Positions 1 to 13,034 are shown, numbered from the whole stretch's first letter. The stretch: 63,523 nt of DNA, filler included, from Octopus bimaculoides (GCF_001194135.2; 6 parts of 6 records of this genome joined end to end with filler, not necessarily neighbours in it), one strand, 5' to 3'. A program made the numbers and translations. Notes: generated by a model not told the origin, from the sequence alone.

Positions 1-34
<34 letters not shown>

Positions 35-868
35 TATATCGCATATATTTTTCATATTACATATATTTTCAATGGCGAAATTTGATATTCGTGTTTCACC
101 TTAAAATCTCATTTTGCTCCGATTATAAGGAAGCTACATTATATTTTAGATATATAATGCAAGATCCACACGAAAATACGAGGAAGTACTGAGTACTGAG
201 TGTGCATGTTGCGTAGATTGTACACCTTTAATGCGTTCATGTGAAGCAATGTGTATTATAAATGGCTGGTTGTCATGTTAAGTGACAAAGAAATAGTAAT
301 TCACACGTTACTGTCTTACCATCCCAGCTCTTATCTCAAGTAAATGAAGTGTATTTCTTTAATGTTTCTTCTGGAGAATTGAGATTATCCCACCGATAGA
401 AACAGATCAGTTTGTCATTGTCAGTAGTCCAAATCCCTTATCCACATAAACCTTGGTGGTACACACAGTATTTTGCTGCTTAGGTTTATGCGCAATAAAG
501 TGGTTATCCTTGTATAATACAAAAACTATTGTAATTTCTGTATACATTTCCTAAATATATTTAATTATAACAATATAATGGATTTTTAAAATTACCAAAT
601 GTCTGTGAGGATCCATCCGAATAAAATAGAAATCATGGGTTACATAGGCAAACATGTGGTTGAGACCCAGTTTCTTAACTTTCTACAGCCTCTGTAGATT
701 GTGGTAGGTGATGTACGGAAATGCATTAAGAATGTAACATCTGCCAATATTCTTACATTTTGAGAAATTGCAGGTACGTGCATCTCAGCTCATCTCTTTG
801 GGGAAACTACAGTCGTGCGTCAAGAGAAGGTTGAGACTGTCCTTTGATGGCTAGAATGTTGTCTGTCA

Positions 869-1191
869 GGCACGTACAGCGTTCTACCAAACGGGCAAGT
901 TATAATTGGCAATTCAACGTTAGTACAAATTTGGCACGTACGGCCCTTTACCAAACAGACAAGTTGTAGTTGGAAATTCAACGTTGGTACACTTTAGGCA
1001 CGTACAGCCTTCTACCAAACAGACAAGTTTCTAACTGGAAATTCATCGTTACTAAACTTTATGCATCTGCAGCCCTCTGCTAAACAGACACGTTGTAGTT
1101 GGAAATTCAACGTTGGTACACTTTAGGTACGTACGGCCCTTTACCAAACAGACAAGTCTGTAACTGGAAATTGAGCGTCGATACACATTAG
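869..1191. repeat. Tandem repeat, 5 copies of a 64-65 bp unit
   Basis: Unit ggcacgtac(a/g)gccytytaccaaacagacaagtt...ggaaattcaacgttggtacacttta starts at about 869, 933, 997, 1061 and 1126. Confidence 0.92.
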
Positions 1192-1545
1192 AGAAATAGT
1201 GGTGGCAAAAAGGACGATGACGTATTGGGAGAAATACGGTCTTGACTGTCAGCTGGGTTTCCCCGAATTGTGCACAGAGCATCGAATCCGTCTAGTAAGT
1301 AAGCTTTCTGCTTGTGCATTCCAAACTTGTGGAGCTGTGAATGAACGGGCTCGTTCATTGGCGGATGACTCACTGGTGATACAGACCTGCTGATGTTCCT
1401 ATCACGATGATCTCTGCAGCTACTAAAATACAAAAGACGATGGTCTGCATGACGGGCAAATTCCCTAGTCTGGATAATTTTCAAATGTGTATATAAGCTT
1501 TACGCTTACATACCAAAACTCTTGACAAAATGTTTACTAGAATTG

Positions 1546-1783
1546 CAATAATTCTTCGATTATTGCGGGCGTTACGTTCCAAAATCCCCCGTGATAGGTG
1601 AAAATCCGCGCAGTAGAAACAGCATTGTACTGTATTTTTTTTTTATTATTTTTATTATTTCTATATATTCATTTTATCATAGATGCAAGACAACATCACA
1701 GAGGAATCGACGTAAGCTTGAATAATAAACCGCGATAGGTGAACCATGTTAGTTGAACCGCGATATGGCGAGAGATAACTGTA
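1546..1783. mobile_element. pogo/Tigger-type MITE (MER2-like ends)
   Basis: Left end caataattcttcgattattgcgggcgttacgttccaaaatcccccgtgataggtgaaaatccgcg and right end aaccgcgatatggcgagagataactg followed by TA; degenerate inverted termini resembling Tigger-family MITEs. Confidence 0.6.
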
Positions 1784-2819
1784 ATCAAAACGTAAAATCG
1801 GAAAAAAATGCTGTTAAGCATTTTGTCGGACGTACTAATGACTCTGTCATCTCGTTAAATGTGTAGATGACTTTCAAATGTTTAACCATATTTGTGCTTA
1901 GTCAGAGGTCAAGTAGTTCGATTGATTGCTGAAGATAATGAGTATTGGTCGACATCGCATGAGATCGATTTACTTCAGAGAAAGTTAAATCTCTGTGAAG
2001 TACGAAAAGCACAAGTAGATAGATTTGGTCGATGGAATATTAGGCATCGATCTCCAAGCGATCGGAACCGAAAATTGACAATACTGTAATTGCTGTCCTA
2101 ACACTCGATGACCTTCAATATACGTTTATATATGCATGTATAAACATACGTTTATATATGCATATAGGGATGAAATGCATTTGTTAGCATTTCTGCGTGA
2201 ATATATGGTATATCAAAACACATACATACACGCACACACATACACAAACACACATATGTATATGAAGATAGAGAGAGAGGAGGGAGTGAGAGTGAGGTAT
2301 GTATGCATGCATGTACATATGTATAAATTTGTATGTGTGTATATCATATTTCTGTGTTGTGGGGTAAGCTTTGCATTAAACATACAAGAATTAAATCATA
2401 TTGACTACAAATATGTTCGCAGAAATGTTAGAATAAATTTAATTACAAGAAGAATTAATGTGAGAATGAGTTTACATGATTTGGTGGCAATGTCTGATGT
2501 GTATAAACATGACAACGTTGGTAAGGACACATTGGAATATGTTTAACCTATGATTGCGCCGTTAGATATTTGGAAATCCATTTGCATTCCTGCGCAGTCA
2601 CACGAACACACATATACACGTATATAAGTATTTATCACGTATGCATGCACACATACGTACACATGTATACACGTGCACTTACAGGCACAGATACGAACGC
2701 AAACACACATACCTACACATATTTATTTATGTCCAGAGGGATTTAACTAGAATGAATAAAGAAATACATAACAGAAATCATATTAACTCGCTCAGAAATA
2801 AATAAATTTATCAATATAT

Positions 2820-2943
2820 CAATATCTATCTATCTATCTATCTATCTATTTATCTATCTATCTCTATCTAACTATCTATCTAATTATCTGTCTGTCTGCC
2901 TATTTATTTATCTATCTGTCTCTCTGTCTGTCTATCTGACTAC

Positions 2944-3000
<57 letters not shown>

Positions 3001-3100
3001 CATCTATCTATTTATTTATCTATTTATCTATTCATCTATCTATCTGTTTATCAGTCTATCTATCATTGTATCTCTCAATCTCTCTCTTTCTCTCTCTCTT
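2820..3100. repeat. Compound (TATC)n/(TCTG)n/(TC)n microsatellite
   Basis: Seen directly. Confidence 0.95.
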
Positions 3101-3371
3101 TATAAGTGCGTGTGTGTGTGCGCGCGCGCGTGTGTGTGTAGCCACAAATGTATGCATGCGGATATATACGCGTTGATGTATTCATGTATATATATGCTTA
3201 GAGATGTAAATATATATCCGTTTGCGAAAGTATCTTTATACATACGTATATTTGCTTCTAATCATATATATGTACGAATATATACAAATACAGAAATATA
3301 CACAAGCTTACTCCCTTCTGTGACTCACTCTTTCACTTGTATACTCTACCGCGTACGCGCACGTAGAATCA

Positions 3372-3408
<37 letters not shown>

Positions 3409-4731
3409 NNNNNNNNNNNNNNNNNNNNNNNNNNNNNNNNNNNNNNNNNNNNNNNNNNNNNNNNNNNNNNNNNNNNNNNNNNNNNNNNNNNNNNNNNNNN
3501 NNNNNNNNNNNNNNNNNNNNNNNNNNNNNNNNNNNNNNNNNNNNNNNNNNNNNNNNNNNNNNNNNNNNNNNNNNNNNNNNNNNNNNNNNATATATATATA
3601 TATATATATATATATACACGTATACATGTATGTATTTGTGCACATACGTATACATTTTAGATGCATAATACACACACAAGCATTATATATATGTCCGTGT
3701 GTGTGTTTATACATTCCGCATGCATCTGTTTGCATGTGTATATGTGTATGCCTATATATATACATATTCATTGACCGATACATATATGTGCCTGTGTGTG
3801 TTTATGTGTGTGTGTATGTATTTTGTGTGTGTGCTTCTTGGTGTGGCTGTATACTTTCTTTCAAATCTATATATACATATACAAACACACGTACCAAATT
3901 CTCATACATTACCAGAACTACAGAACGAATGTACAGTCATAGAATAAATTGGAATAAATGATGATCTCACCATAGACTTTCGTTTCCACTTTACTCATAT
4001 CGCCTCTCACTACAACTCCCACACCGCACCACCCTCCACGCACGCTACTCTCACTACGTGTCCTTCTCTCACTCCTCCTCTCCCTTCTTCTCTTCTTTTC
4101 TTCCTTTGAATTCAACATGTATCCTAAACCAAACCATAGCGCAGCCCCGATCTGTCTTCAGAGCAATTTTTTCGAAATAGTCGACACGCCAAGTCAAAGA
4201 GGTTAGACATTCTAGCCAAGCGGAATGATGATACTGGAATTCCAGATCACACCAAGGTGAACGATATCTCTCTGTGACAAATAATCAAGGTGATGCGTAT
4301 TAAACTATATCACCGCCTCTTCATCCTCCTTGTCCACCTCCTCCTCGCTGCTCCATTTGTTCCAACATCGTTTCTCTTCTAACCATTTCTATTTGTACTA
4401 TTGTAATGTTTTATTTATGTATTTGTACATATTATTTTTATACTTATTCAGTTTGTCGCTGTTTCCAACTCCTGGCTTTTTTTTTTATTTTTCTCTTTCA
4501 TATAATCATATATTCCTCCCCGGTAATCCGACTTGTGATTAAGTTGAAATCGCTTAGCGATTGGATATGCTATTTCTCCAGCTGTCAAGGATTTCTGCAG
4601 AGTGATTTGGATAAAAATGATGTGTTCTAAAAGATACAATTGATATTCAGATAATGGGCACTTTCGATGAGACATAGTCACTAACCCCCAACGACTGATG
4701 TTAATTATGACACTGCTGCTGCTGCTGCTGG

Positions 4732-4770
<39 letters not shown>

Positions 4771-5040
4771 GCTCGTGGCGTGCTGCTACTGGTGCTGATG
4801 AAGAATAGGAACAATATGGTCACTCTGGTGGGTGGTAGGTTGTGATCAAGATGACTTTTGCCGTAGCGATAATGCTTTCATAGTAAATGAATAAGAACAC
4901 GCACATTTGTAGATACATACATCTATATACATATGTATACACACACACATACACACACACATGCACACATACATACATGCATACATACATACAAATATAC
5001 ATACATACATATATATCTGTGTGTGTGTGTGTGTATATAT

Positions 5041-5092
5041 TTATTTATTTATTTATGTGTTTCAGCCAAGTGGCTGCGGTCATGATGGTGCA
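5041..5092 (-). mobile_element. Isolated 3' tip of a CR1/L2-group LINE with (TAAA)n tail
   Basis: Near-identical to 60731-60782, the 3' end of the LINE fragment at 60731-61020. Confidence 0.8.
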
Positions 5093-6040
5093 CACAAATA
5101 TATGCATACTTTTATTCATGTATGTATACATACATACATATATACATGTATAGATACATACATAGATACATACATATATATCAGTGTGTGTGTATATATG
5201 TATATATGTATACTTTAATGCAGGTATGTATACATACATATTGAACTGTAATCGATGTGAGTGTTATTATGCACGTTGCGAATGGGATAAGCCCATAGCT
5301 TTTGGGAAACAAAAGAATGACATATCTTAGACGACTTTAAATTAAAAGACTCAATTTGCAGTAGGAATGTTTGGTGGCTGCATTCCTATACACAGACTAC
5401 AATCCTTCATGAAGGGATCCCAGGTTTATACACCTGGAGCTGTAGTTTTAGTAAAAACGTTTACACACCTATTTCTTTAATACATTGGAACGGCTAACCC
5501 ATTAAAAAGACGCCCGACATCTTGTCCGTTACTTGAAGTATAAGGACATTTTACCTGCTTTTTTTAAAAAACGAAAAAAAATAATAGCGTGTAATTTGAA
5601 TGAAATGTAGCTGATATACATAGTAGATGTAGCAACAAGTTAGGTCCCTTTCGTTTCCTTTGTAAGTGGCTCGTTACCGTAATGGTCCCTTGTCTATTGT
5701 TTGTTTTCTTTTTTTATTAGCTGCATCAAGAAGAAAGAGAAATTTCCTTCCTTTTTTATTTTTTTTATAAAAAGGATGGGAATTTCCTCTTTCCTCTTCT
5801 GAGACCGTTAAATTTGCTATCACGAATATTCCTAAAAGTCACCAAAAAGAAGATTCCAGTCGGCTGATATCCTGGCGGTGCATTTCCACGCAAAAGGATC
5901 TATGCATAAACCGAGGGAGAAGTTTGATTGGATGCATCAGGTGGAATGAAGATGGGATCAGATGGATTAGAATAGAGGTGGTAGGTGATCATTCAATCTC
6001 GAAAAGCGTGAGACATTTCTAATGATTGGAAATACAGAAG

Positions 6041-6545
6041 GCGCAGGCGTGACTGTGTAGTAGGAGGTCTGCTTCCCTACCACACGGTTCCGAGTTCAGT
6101 CCTACAGCGTGGCACCTTGGGTAAGAATCATCTACTCTAGTCACGGGCCAGCCAAAATCTTGTGAATGGATCTGTTTCGCTAAAACAGTAAGATGTCCGC
6201 TGTGTATATATGTATGCGTGTGTGTGTGTGTGCATGTATGTGTGCATGTGTGTATTTATGCATGTGTGTGTCTTCGTATCTGTGTTTCTAATCCACCACT
6301 GCTTGTGTTTATATCCCCGTGTTTATGATCAGATGTTTGCCTTCCCACTGCAACCCACGCTTGGCAATCGCTGTTGGCGTAATTACATATCCGATAACTA
6401 AGGGTTCGGCAAAAGGGACGATAGAATAAGATAAGTACAAGGTATAAAATATAAGTGCTGGAATCAAGTCATTCGACGACAGATTCTTCAAGGTGGTGCC
6501 TTAGCATGACCAGAACAAATAATAGTAGTTGAAACAAATAAATGA
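6041..6545 (+). mobile_element. tRNA-derived SINE, family A (full-length, diverged)
   Basis: A-box-like gtgactgtgtag, B-box-like gagttcagtcc, ggcaccttgggtaag core-like segment, internal (TG)n, tail ending aaggtggtgccttagcatgacc...gaaacaaataaa; matches many other copies in the window. Confidence 0.85.
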
Positions 6546-7877
6546 TAGACGATAAATGAGAAATAAGATAACTATTCTACCTTATATTTTCCAGAAGATA
6601 GAGGAATTAGTCGGAGCTTAAGGTGTTCAATCAAAATTACGACGTTTACAAGATGAGCAGGTCCGGACCAGTTCATAACCTATTGCTTTGATTTACTTTA
6701 TTTTAAAGAATTAGTTTTCATAGCTTCCAGAAATCTAAAATCGATTGTATAATTTCAGTAACATTATTGAAATGCTCGTTGAAGATCGTAAGAGCTATCT
6801 TTCGTCCTTTGATGTTTTTCAATAGCCATGGTTGGGTACACCATTGTCGAACAAATCAATCCAAGTACTTTAGTGTAAAATTAGTTCTATCGATGTCTTG
6901 ATATCTTTCACTCAACCGCTAAGTTATGAAGACCATAACACACCAATGCCGCCTGTCAAATAGTGAGAGCGGAAAACACAGGCACAAAGTCACACACATA
7001 CACCCCCATATATATATTTATATATATATATATNNNNNNNNNNNNNNNNNNNNNNNNNNNNNNNNNNNNNNNNNNNNNNNNNNNNNNNNNNNNNNNNNNN
7101 NNNNNNNNNNNNNNNNNNNNNNNNNNNNNNNNNNNNNNNNNNNNNNNNNNNNNNNNNNNNNNNNNNNNNNNNNNNNNNNNNNNNNNNNNNNNNNNNNNNN
7201 NNNNNNNNNNNNNNNNNNNNNNNNNNNNNNNNNNNNNNNNNNNNNNNNNNNNNNNNNNNNNNNNNNNNNNNNNNNNNNNNNNNNNNNNNNNNNNNNNNNN
7301 NNNNNNNNNNNNNNNNNNNNNNNNNNNNNNNNNNNNNNNNNNNNNNNNNNNNNNNNNNNNNNNNNNNNNNNNNNNNNNNNNNNNNNNNNNNNNNNNNNNN
7401 NNNNNNNNNNNNNNNNNNNNNNNNNNNNNNNNNNNNNNNNNNNNNNNNNNNNNNNNNNNNNNNNNNNNNNNNNNNNNNNNNNNNNNNNNNNNNNNNNNNN
7501 NNNNNNNNNNNNNNNNNNNNNNNNNNNNNNNNNNNNNNNNNNNNNNNNNNNNNNNNNNNNNNNNNNNNNNNNNNNNNNNNNNNNNNNNNNNNNNNNNNNN
7601 NNNNNNNNNNNNNNNNNNNNNNNNNNNNNNNNNNNNNNNNNNNNNNNNNNNNNNNNNNNNNNNNNNNNNNNNNNNNNNNNNNNNNNNNNNNNNNNNNNNN
7701 NNNNNNNNNNNNNNNNNNNNNNNNNNNNNNNNNNNNNNNNNNNNNNNNNNNNNNNNNNNNNNNNNNNNNNNNNNNNNNNNNNNNNNNNNNNNNNNNNNNN
7801 NNNNNNNNNNNNNNNNNNNNNNNNNNNNNNNNNNNNNNNNTATATATGTGTGTGTGTATATATATATATATATATAG

Positions 7878-7934
<57 letters not shown>

Positions 7935-7935
<1 letters not shown>

Positions 7936-8065
7936 TCAGTTTCCGTCAACCAACTTGACTACAAGGCACTCGTTGGAACGGTGCGATAGTAGCAGCGCTT
8001 TGCCCATTGTGACTGAACGTGAAATGTGTGGATGCAACGCAAGCATCCTAACCACACAGCCATGC
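7935..8065 (-). mobile_element. SINE family A, head half
   Basis: ttcagtttccgtcaacc...gactgaacgtgaaatgtgtgg...accacacagccatgc is the reverse complement of the family A head. Confidence 0.75.
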
Positions 8066-8081
8066 TAGCTAGCTAGCTAGC

Positions 8082-8133
<52 letters not shown>

Positions 8134-8150
8134 CAGATAGATAGAGAGAT

Positions 8151-8188
<38 letters not shown>

Positions 8189-8440
8189 GAGGTGTATAAA
8201 TAGATAGGTAGATAGATAGATAGATTGATAGATAGACAGATAGATATACAGACAGACAGATAGATAAATAGAAAGACAGAAAAGCAAATCATTTGGTAGG
8301 CAGGTAGGCAGGTAGGCAGGTAGGCAGGTAGGCAGGTAGGCAGGTAGATGAATAGATAGATAGGCAAACGCACAAGCACAACAAAGACAGACAGGCAAAT
8401 AGACAGATATAGACAGACAGACAGATTAATATATATATAG
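8066..8440. repeat. Compound (GCTA)n/(GATA)n/(GGTA-GGCA)n microsatellite
   Basis: Seen directly. Confidence 0.95.
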
Positions 8441-8547
8441 GAAGTGATGCCAGCGTGGGTGTCCGCGCCGGCATCCGAAACTCAGAGTTTTATCATGGCT
8501 ACCGAATAATTGTCACATATTTTTGCAGTATAATATTTATATATATA

Positions 8548-8647
8548 NNNNNNNNNNNNNNNNNNNNNNNNNNNNNNNNNNNNNNNNNNNNTTAATTAAT
8601 TAANNNNNNNNNNNNNNNNNNNNNNNNNNNNNNNNNNNNNNNNNNNN
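8548..8647. other. Artificial assembly spacer N44-TTAATTAATTAA-N44 (also 24266-24365, 41752-41851, 61021-61120, 62220-62319)
   Basis: Five identical 100-base constructs; the 12-mer gives stop codons in all six frames, so these mark unsized joins rather than genomic sequence. Confidence 0.92.
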
Positions 8648-9588
8648 TTCAAATTTACAAGGAAAATGGAGAAAACTGAGTATCGTGCTGTCATAAAGTA
8701 CCTTCATTTGAAAGGCATGACTCCATCACAAATCCATGAAGATATGGTGAGAACCTTAACAGACAATGCTCCTTCATATGCAACAGTCAAACGCTGGGTA
8801 AATGAATTCAAGCGTGGCAGGGAGAGTGTGGAAGATGATCCAAGACCAGGGAGACCTCCAACTGCAACCACCAAGGACAACCTTGACCTTGCTCTTGGTA
8901 TGATAATGCAAGATCGCTGAATATCATGTCGTCAGATAGCCGAGAGACAGGGCATCTCATCTGAAAGAGCAGACAACATTGTGACAAAAGAACTTGGGTT
9001 CTCAAAGGTTTCTGCAAGGTGGGTCCCTCGCCTTTTGACTCCTGAACAGAAACGCACCAGGTGCCCTTTGTCCACGAACAATCTAGAACTGTTTGAAGCT
9101 GATGAAGAGAATTTTCTTGCTCGTTTCATTACTATGGACGAAAGTTGGATTCATCACTACCAGCCTGAAACCAAAGAACAACCAAAGCAGTGGAAGCACA
9201 CAGCAGAGAAGTCCTTTTTCATCACGACAATGCTCGAGCCCACACCTCAGTGGTTGTCATGGCAACAATTCGTGATTGTGGATACGAACTTGTTCCCCAT
9301 TCGCCTTATTCGCCAGACTTAGCCCCCTCTGACTTTCATATATTTCCAAAAATGAAAAAAAGCCCTGGCTGGTCGCTATTTTGCCAGTAACAATGACGTC
9401 ATAGACGCTGTAGGAAGTTTCTTGGAATCCCAAACAAAAGAGTTCTTCTACGCCTGGATAATGGCGCTTCAGCACCGCTGGAGAAAGTGTTCAGCCATCG
9501 AGGCGGGGATTATGTTGAAAAATAAATCATCAGAAGTCTAGTACCATGTTTTGTTTTTTCGAGGTTCAAGACTTTTCAGACAGCCCTC

Positions 9589-9591
<3 letters not shown>
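8648..9591 (+). mobile_element. mariner DNA transposon, irritans-like, internally deleted; left end in gap
   Basis: Right TIR gaggttcaagacttttcagacagccctcg + TA at 9561-9591, followed by (TA)n; encloses the transposase remnant below. Confidence 0.93.
8666..9525 (+). pseudogene. mariner transposase pseudogene
   Basis: MEKTEYRAVIKYLHLKG..., WVPRLLT, ITMDESW, FHHDNARAH, YSPDLAPSDF, ...DYVEK*. In-frame TGA at 8918-8920, frameshifts, and a deletion near 9199 that joins QWKH directly to the region before HHDNA. Confidence 0.93.

Positions 9592-9659
<68 letters not shown>
9591..9659. repeat. (TA)n microsatellite
   Basis: Seen directly. Confidence 0.97.
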
Positions 9660-9661
<2 letters not shown>

Positions 9662-10154
9662 CTCAGCAATGAAGTTTGTTTGGAATAAAACATGGCCAAA
9701 CTCTATCCAGCATCTTCACATGTTTTCGACCAGCACACAGTTCATACGACGTTCTGAAAGATATTGTGACTCTGGTAAAATGATACAGTTCGTAGAAGAT
9801 GATAGGGCCGAGTTGCTAAGGTCCCTAAGAGAAAGTTTGTTAAATGAAGATATAATAGTGTTCGAACACGAGCGAGCTACAAGGTTGGACCGACTCCATA
9901 CAGTCCACCTCAGCCGACAGCAAAGGACATGGTTAAAGAACAGGCATTTATAGAGGAAGGCCTGCACGTTTTTGCCGACAACGAATTTAATCGTGAATGC
10001 CATACTAAAATTACATGAATTCATAATTAGCTCAGAGATGAAAATGAGACGATGTGACTCAAACGCCAAACAACTATGGATCAGTTTACCTCTGAAGTAA
10101 CTTTCACTGAACTATCATCAGGCAACACTTATGGTGAGTATATGTTGCATTTTT

Positions 10155-10366
10155 AGCTTTTACTTGTTTCAGTCATTAGAGTGCGGCCATTTTTAGTCGA
10201 ACAAATCGACACCAATAATTTTTTTGTTTGTTTTTTTCTGTTTTTGTAAGTCTGGTACTTATTTTATTGGTCCCTTTTGCCGACCGGCTAAGTTATAAGG
10301 ACGTAGACAAACCAACACCGATTACCAAGCAGTGGTAGTGGAACAAAGACAGACACAAAACATATG

Positions 10367-10465
<99 letters not shown>

Positions 10466-10630
10466 CTGACAGGCTTCTTTCAGTTTTTGTCAACCAAATT
10501 CACTTTCAAGGCTTTGGTCGGCCCGAAGCTATAGTAGAAGACCCTTGCCCATAGTGCCACGCAGTGGGATTGAACCCGAAACCACCTGGTTGGGAAGAAA
10601 ACTGTTTACCACACAGCCACACCTTCGCCT
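10155..10630 (-). mobile_element. SINE family A, full-length with internal (CA)n of about 95 bp
   Basis: Tail ttacttgtttcagtcatt..., internal (CA)n at 10368-10463, head ...gattgaacccgaaaccacc...accacacagccac. Confidence 0.88.
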
Positions 10631-10679
10631 ATGATATTGCATTGATTTTTCTTGAAGCCCTAGGATTCGTAAGGCCGTC

Positions 10680-10952
10680 TGCTCAGTTTCCATAGCGTAT
10701 AAGTGACCGAGATCAGAACATTTCCTCTGAACGAGACGTCAGTCTGTTGCAGGGTTCGAGGCCAGCGATTATACGGAGAGGAGACAAATCAATTACATCA
10801 ACCAACCACAGAACTTGACTGGTACTATACAATATCGACCCCGAAGGGATAAGAGGCAATGTTTATAGCGGCAGATTTGAACTCAGAACGTAAAAACCGG
10901 AAGAAATGCGCTAAGCGTTTTGTCCGACATGCTAACGAGTCTGCAAAGGCAC
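10680..10952 (-). mobile_element. SINE family B head/core with an alternative tail
   Basis: atcgaccccgaagggataagaggcaatg...gatttgaactcagaacg...gctaagcgttttgtccgacatgctaacgag is the reverse complement of the family B head; 10680-10790 differs from the usual B tail. Confidence 0.65.
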
Positions 10953-11029
10953 CTTATAATGATATTATTGGAATCATATTTGCAGCAATGTTAGTGAATC
11001 CTTAATTATTACCTAATGTATTTCTAAGC

Positions 11030-11090
11030 TCGTGACGAACCGTCCAACCCATGCCTGCGTGGAAAGCGGACATAAAATGATGATGATGTA
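11030..11090 (+). mobile_element. RTE-type 3' tail fragment
   Basis: aaccgtccaacccatgcctgcgtggaaagcggacataaaa(tga)n, the same tail as at 51420-51481 and 57730-57810. Confidence 0.7.
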
Positions 11091-11206
11091 TTTTTATTCA
11101 AATATTTTTTCTGTATACATACTGTACCACCTATGTTTATAAACCGATATTTTCATGCACAAATGTGGTTTTAATACATACATACATACATACATACATG
11201 CATGCA

Positions 11207-11237
<31 letters not shown>

Positions 11238-11239
11238 CA

Positions 11240-11283
<44 letters not shown>

Positions 11284-11284
11284 T

Positions 11285-11481
11285 CGAAACGCCGGTGTTT
11301 TAATGGTGGCAGCTGATGAAGGATATTTTCTCTATGTAGCCTGCTTGTTTGTTGTACCTTGTCTATCATTTTGTCCATGTTCTTTTGCCACGTCATGTAC
11401 CCAGATATATATGTATCTATATGTACATGTAGATGAAGGTATGTACATACATGTACATATATATGCATATACTCATATATT

Positions 11482-11492
<11 letters not shown>
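11285..11492 (+). repeat. Unclassified dispersed repeat (family E), embedded in (TA)n
   Basis: Aligns with the reverse complement of 29085-29285 and, more distantly, with 47620-47880. Confidence 0.8.
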
Positions 11493-11518
<26 letters not shown>

Positions 11519-12519
11519 TTTATTCATGAAAAATCTTCCGTCGGAACGCATCTAAATTTCTAAACATAAAAATCGGTGGTAAAATAGTAAAATAGATTTC
11601 GTGTTACAGAAAGATTTTGAAGAACTCGGAATTTTAAAAGGAATGGTGGTGGTAGTGGTAGTGGTGGTGGTGGTGGCGGTGGTTCTGCTGCTGCTGTATC
11701 ACAGTTAAATAAGGAGGAGGATGGAGAAATTAGCTGAAATGAGAGGAGTTAGAATTAAGGAAGATAATGATAATTATGATGGACAGTGGTCAGCCATAAA
11801 TCTATTTTGGACAGAGGTTTGAGTGATGGGGAGGAGTCATAAGGATGGTATGTGAGGGGAATGATAGGATGGGTTAGAGTGGTATGGCTATGACAGAGGC
11901 AATAAATTAGGAAATAAAGGATTCGAAAACTGGCGGGGCGGGGTTAGATAATGCTACTAATTATATCATTATATATCCCCTTCTAATATCTGCATGCAAT
12001 CATACATTGCATGCAATCGCTTTTGGGTATTGAAGCCCTGCATATTTATACAGAAGAGCACACTCTTATGCATTTATGAGTGTATGTATATGTATGCTTG
12101 TGTGTGTGTGTGTGTGTGTTTGTGTTTGCGCAGACATGGCTGTGTGGTAAGTAGCTTGCTTACTNNNNNNNNNNNNNNNNNNNNNNNNNNNNNNNNNNNN
12201 NNNNNNNNNNNNNNNNNNNNNNNNNNNNNNNNNNNNNNNNNNNNNNNNNNNNNNNNNNNNNNNNNNNNNNNNNNNNNNNNNNNNNNNNNNNNNNNNNNNN
12301 NNNNNNNNNNNNNNNNNNNNNNNNNNNNNNNNNNNNNNNNNNNNNNNNNNNNNNNNNNNNNNNNNNNNNNNNNNNNNNNNNNNNNNNNNNNNNNNNNNNN
12401 NNNNNNNNNNNNNNNNNNNNNNNNNNNNNNNNNNNNNNNNNNNNNNNNNNNNNNNNNNNNNNNNNNNNNNNNNNNNNNNNNNNNNNNNNNNNNNNNNNNN
12501 NNNNNNNNNNNNNNNNNNN

Positions 12520-12569
<50 letters not shown>

Positions 12570-12570
<1 letters not shown>

Positions 12571-12637
12571 CCTAGTTGATAGGGTATTCGTTCACGATCG
12601 TAAGGTTATGAGTTCGATTCTTGGTACTGCGTTGTGT
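12570..12637 (+). mobile_element. SINE head C fragment
   Basis: agggtattcgttcacgatcgtaaggttatgagttcgattc...gcgttgtgtc matches the head of 22158-22478. Confidence 0.7.
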
Positions 12638-13034
12638 CGGCTCGTGACAACTCAATCAGTTGTACGAGTCAGAGACAGCTACCATCAGTTAGGGAGCGGA
12701 ACGCTAGAATCATTATCATAAGCAAGGCAGCTACTAAAGACAATGGTCAGAGGGAGAAATGAAATTTACTGTCATCAAATATGAGACAACCTCCCACGAC
12801 CCTACAACTTTCACTAGCTCTAGTTCTGATCTCTTACAACATCATTCTATCGCTAACTGTAGATTACTGCTAAGAAAAAGTGTACACAAAACTATACAAG
12901 GAAAATATACTACATCTAACTTTACCTCGCATGCTCTAGGATTTTATCACCTGCCCGTCGAGGCAAGGTATATTCAATGTAACGGTAAAAATAAATATTT
13001 TCTTCACAACTTCAATCACTGTTCTTTCATCTTT

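Noticed and set aside
869-1191. CRISPR-like appearance of the 64 bp array
   Set aside because: Whole units are homologous with no unique spacers, there are no cas genes, and the context is eukaryotic.
8592-8603. TTAATTAATTAA motif repeated five times across the window
   Set aside because: Always centred in exactly 44 N on each side; an assembly spacer, not a biological motif.
9900-9953. LSRQQRTWLKNRH resembling homeodomain helix 3
   Set aside because: Spacing and the WFxNRR residues do not match, and helices 1-2 are absent.
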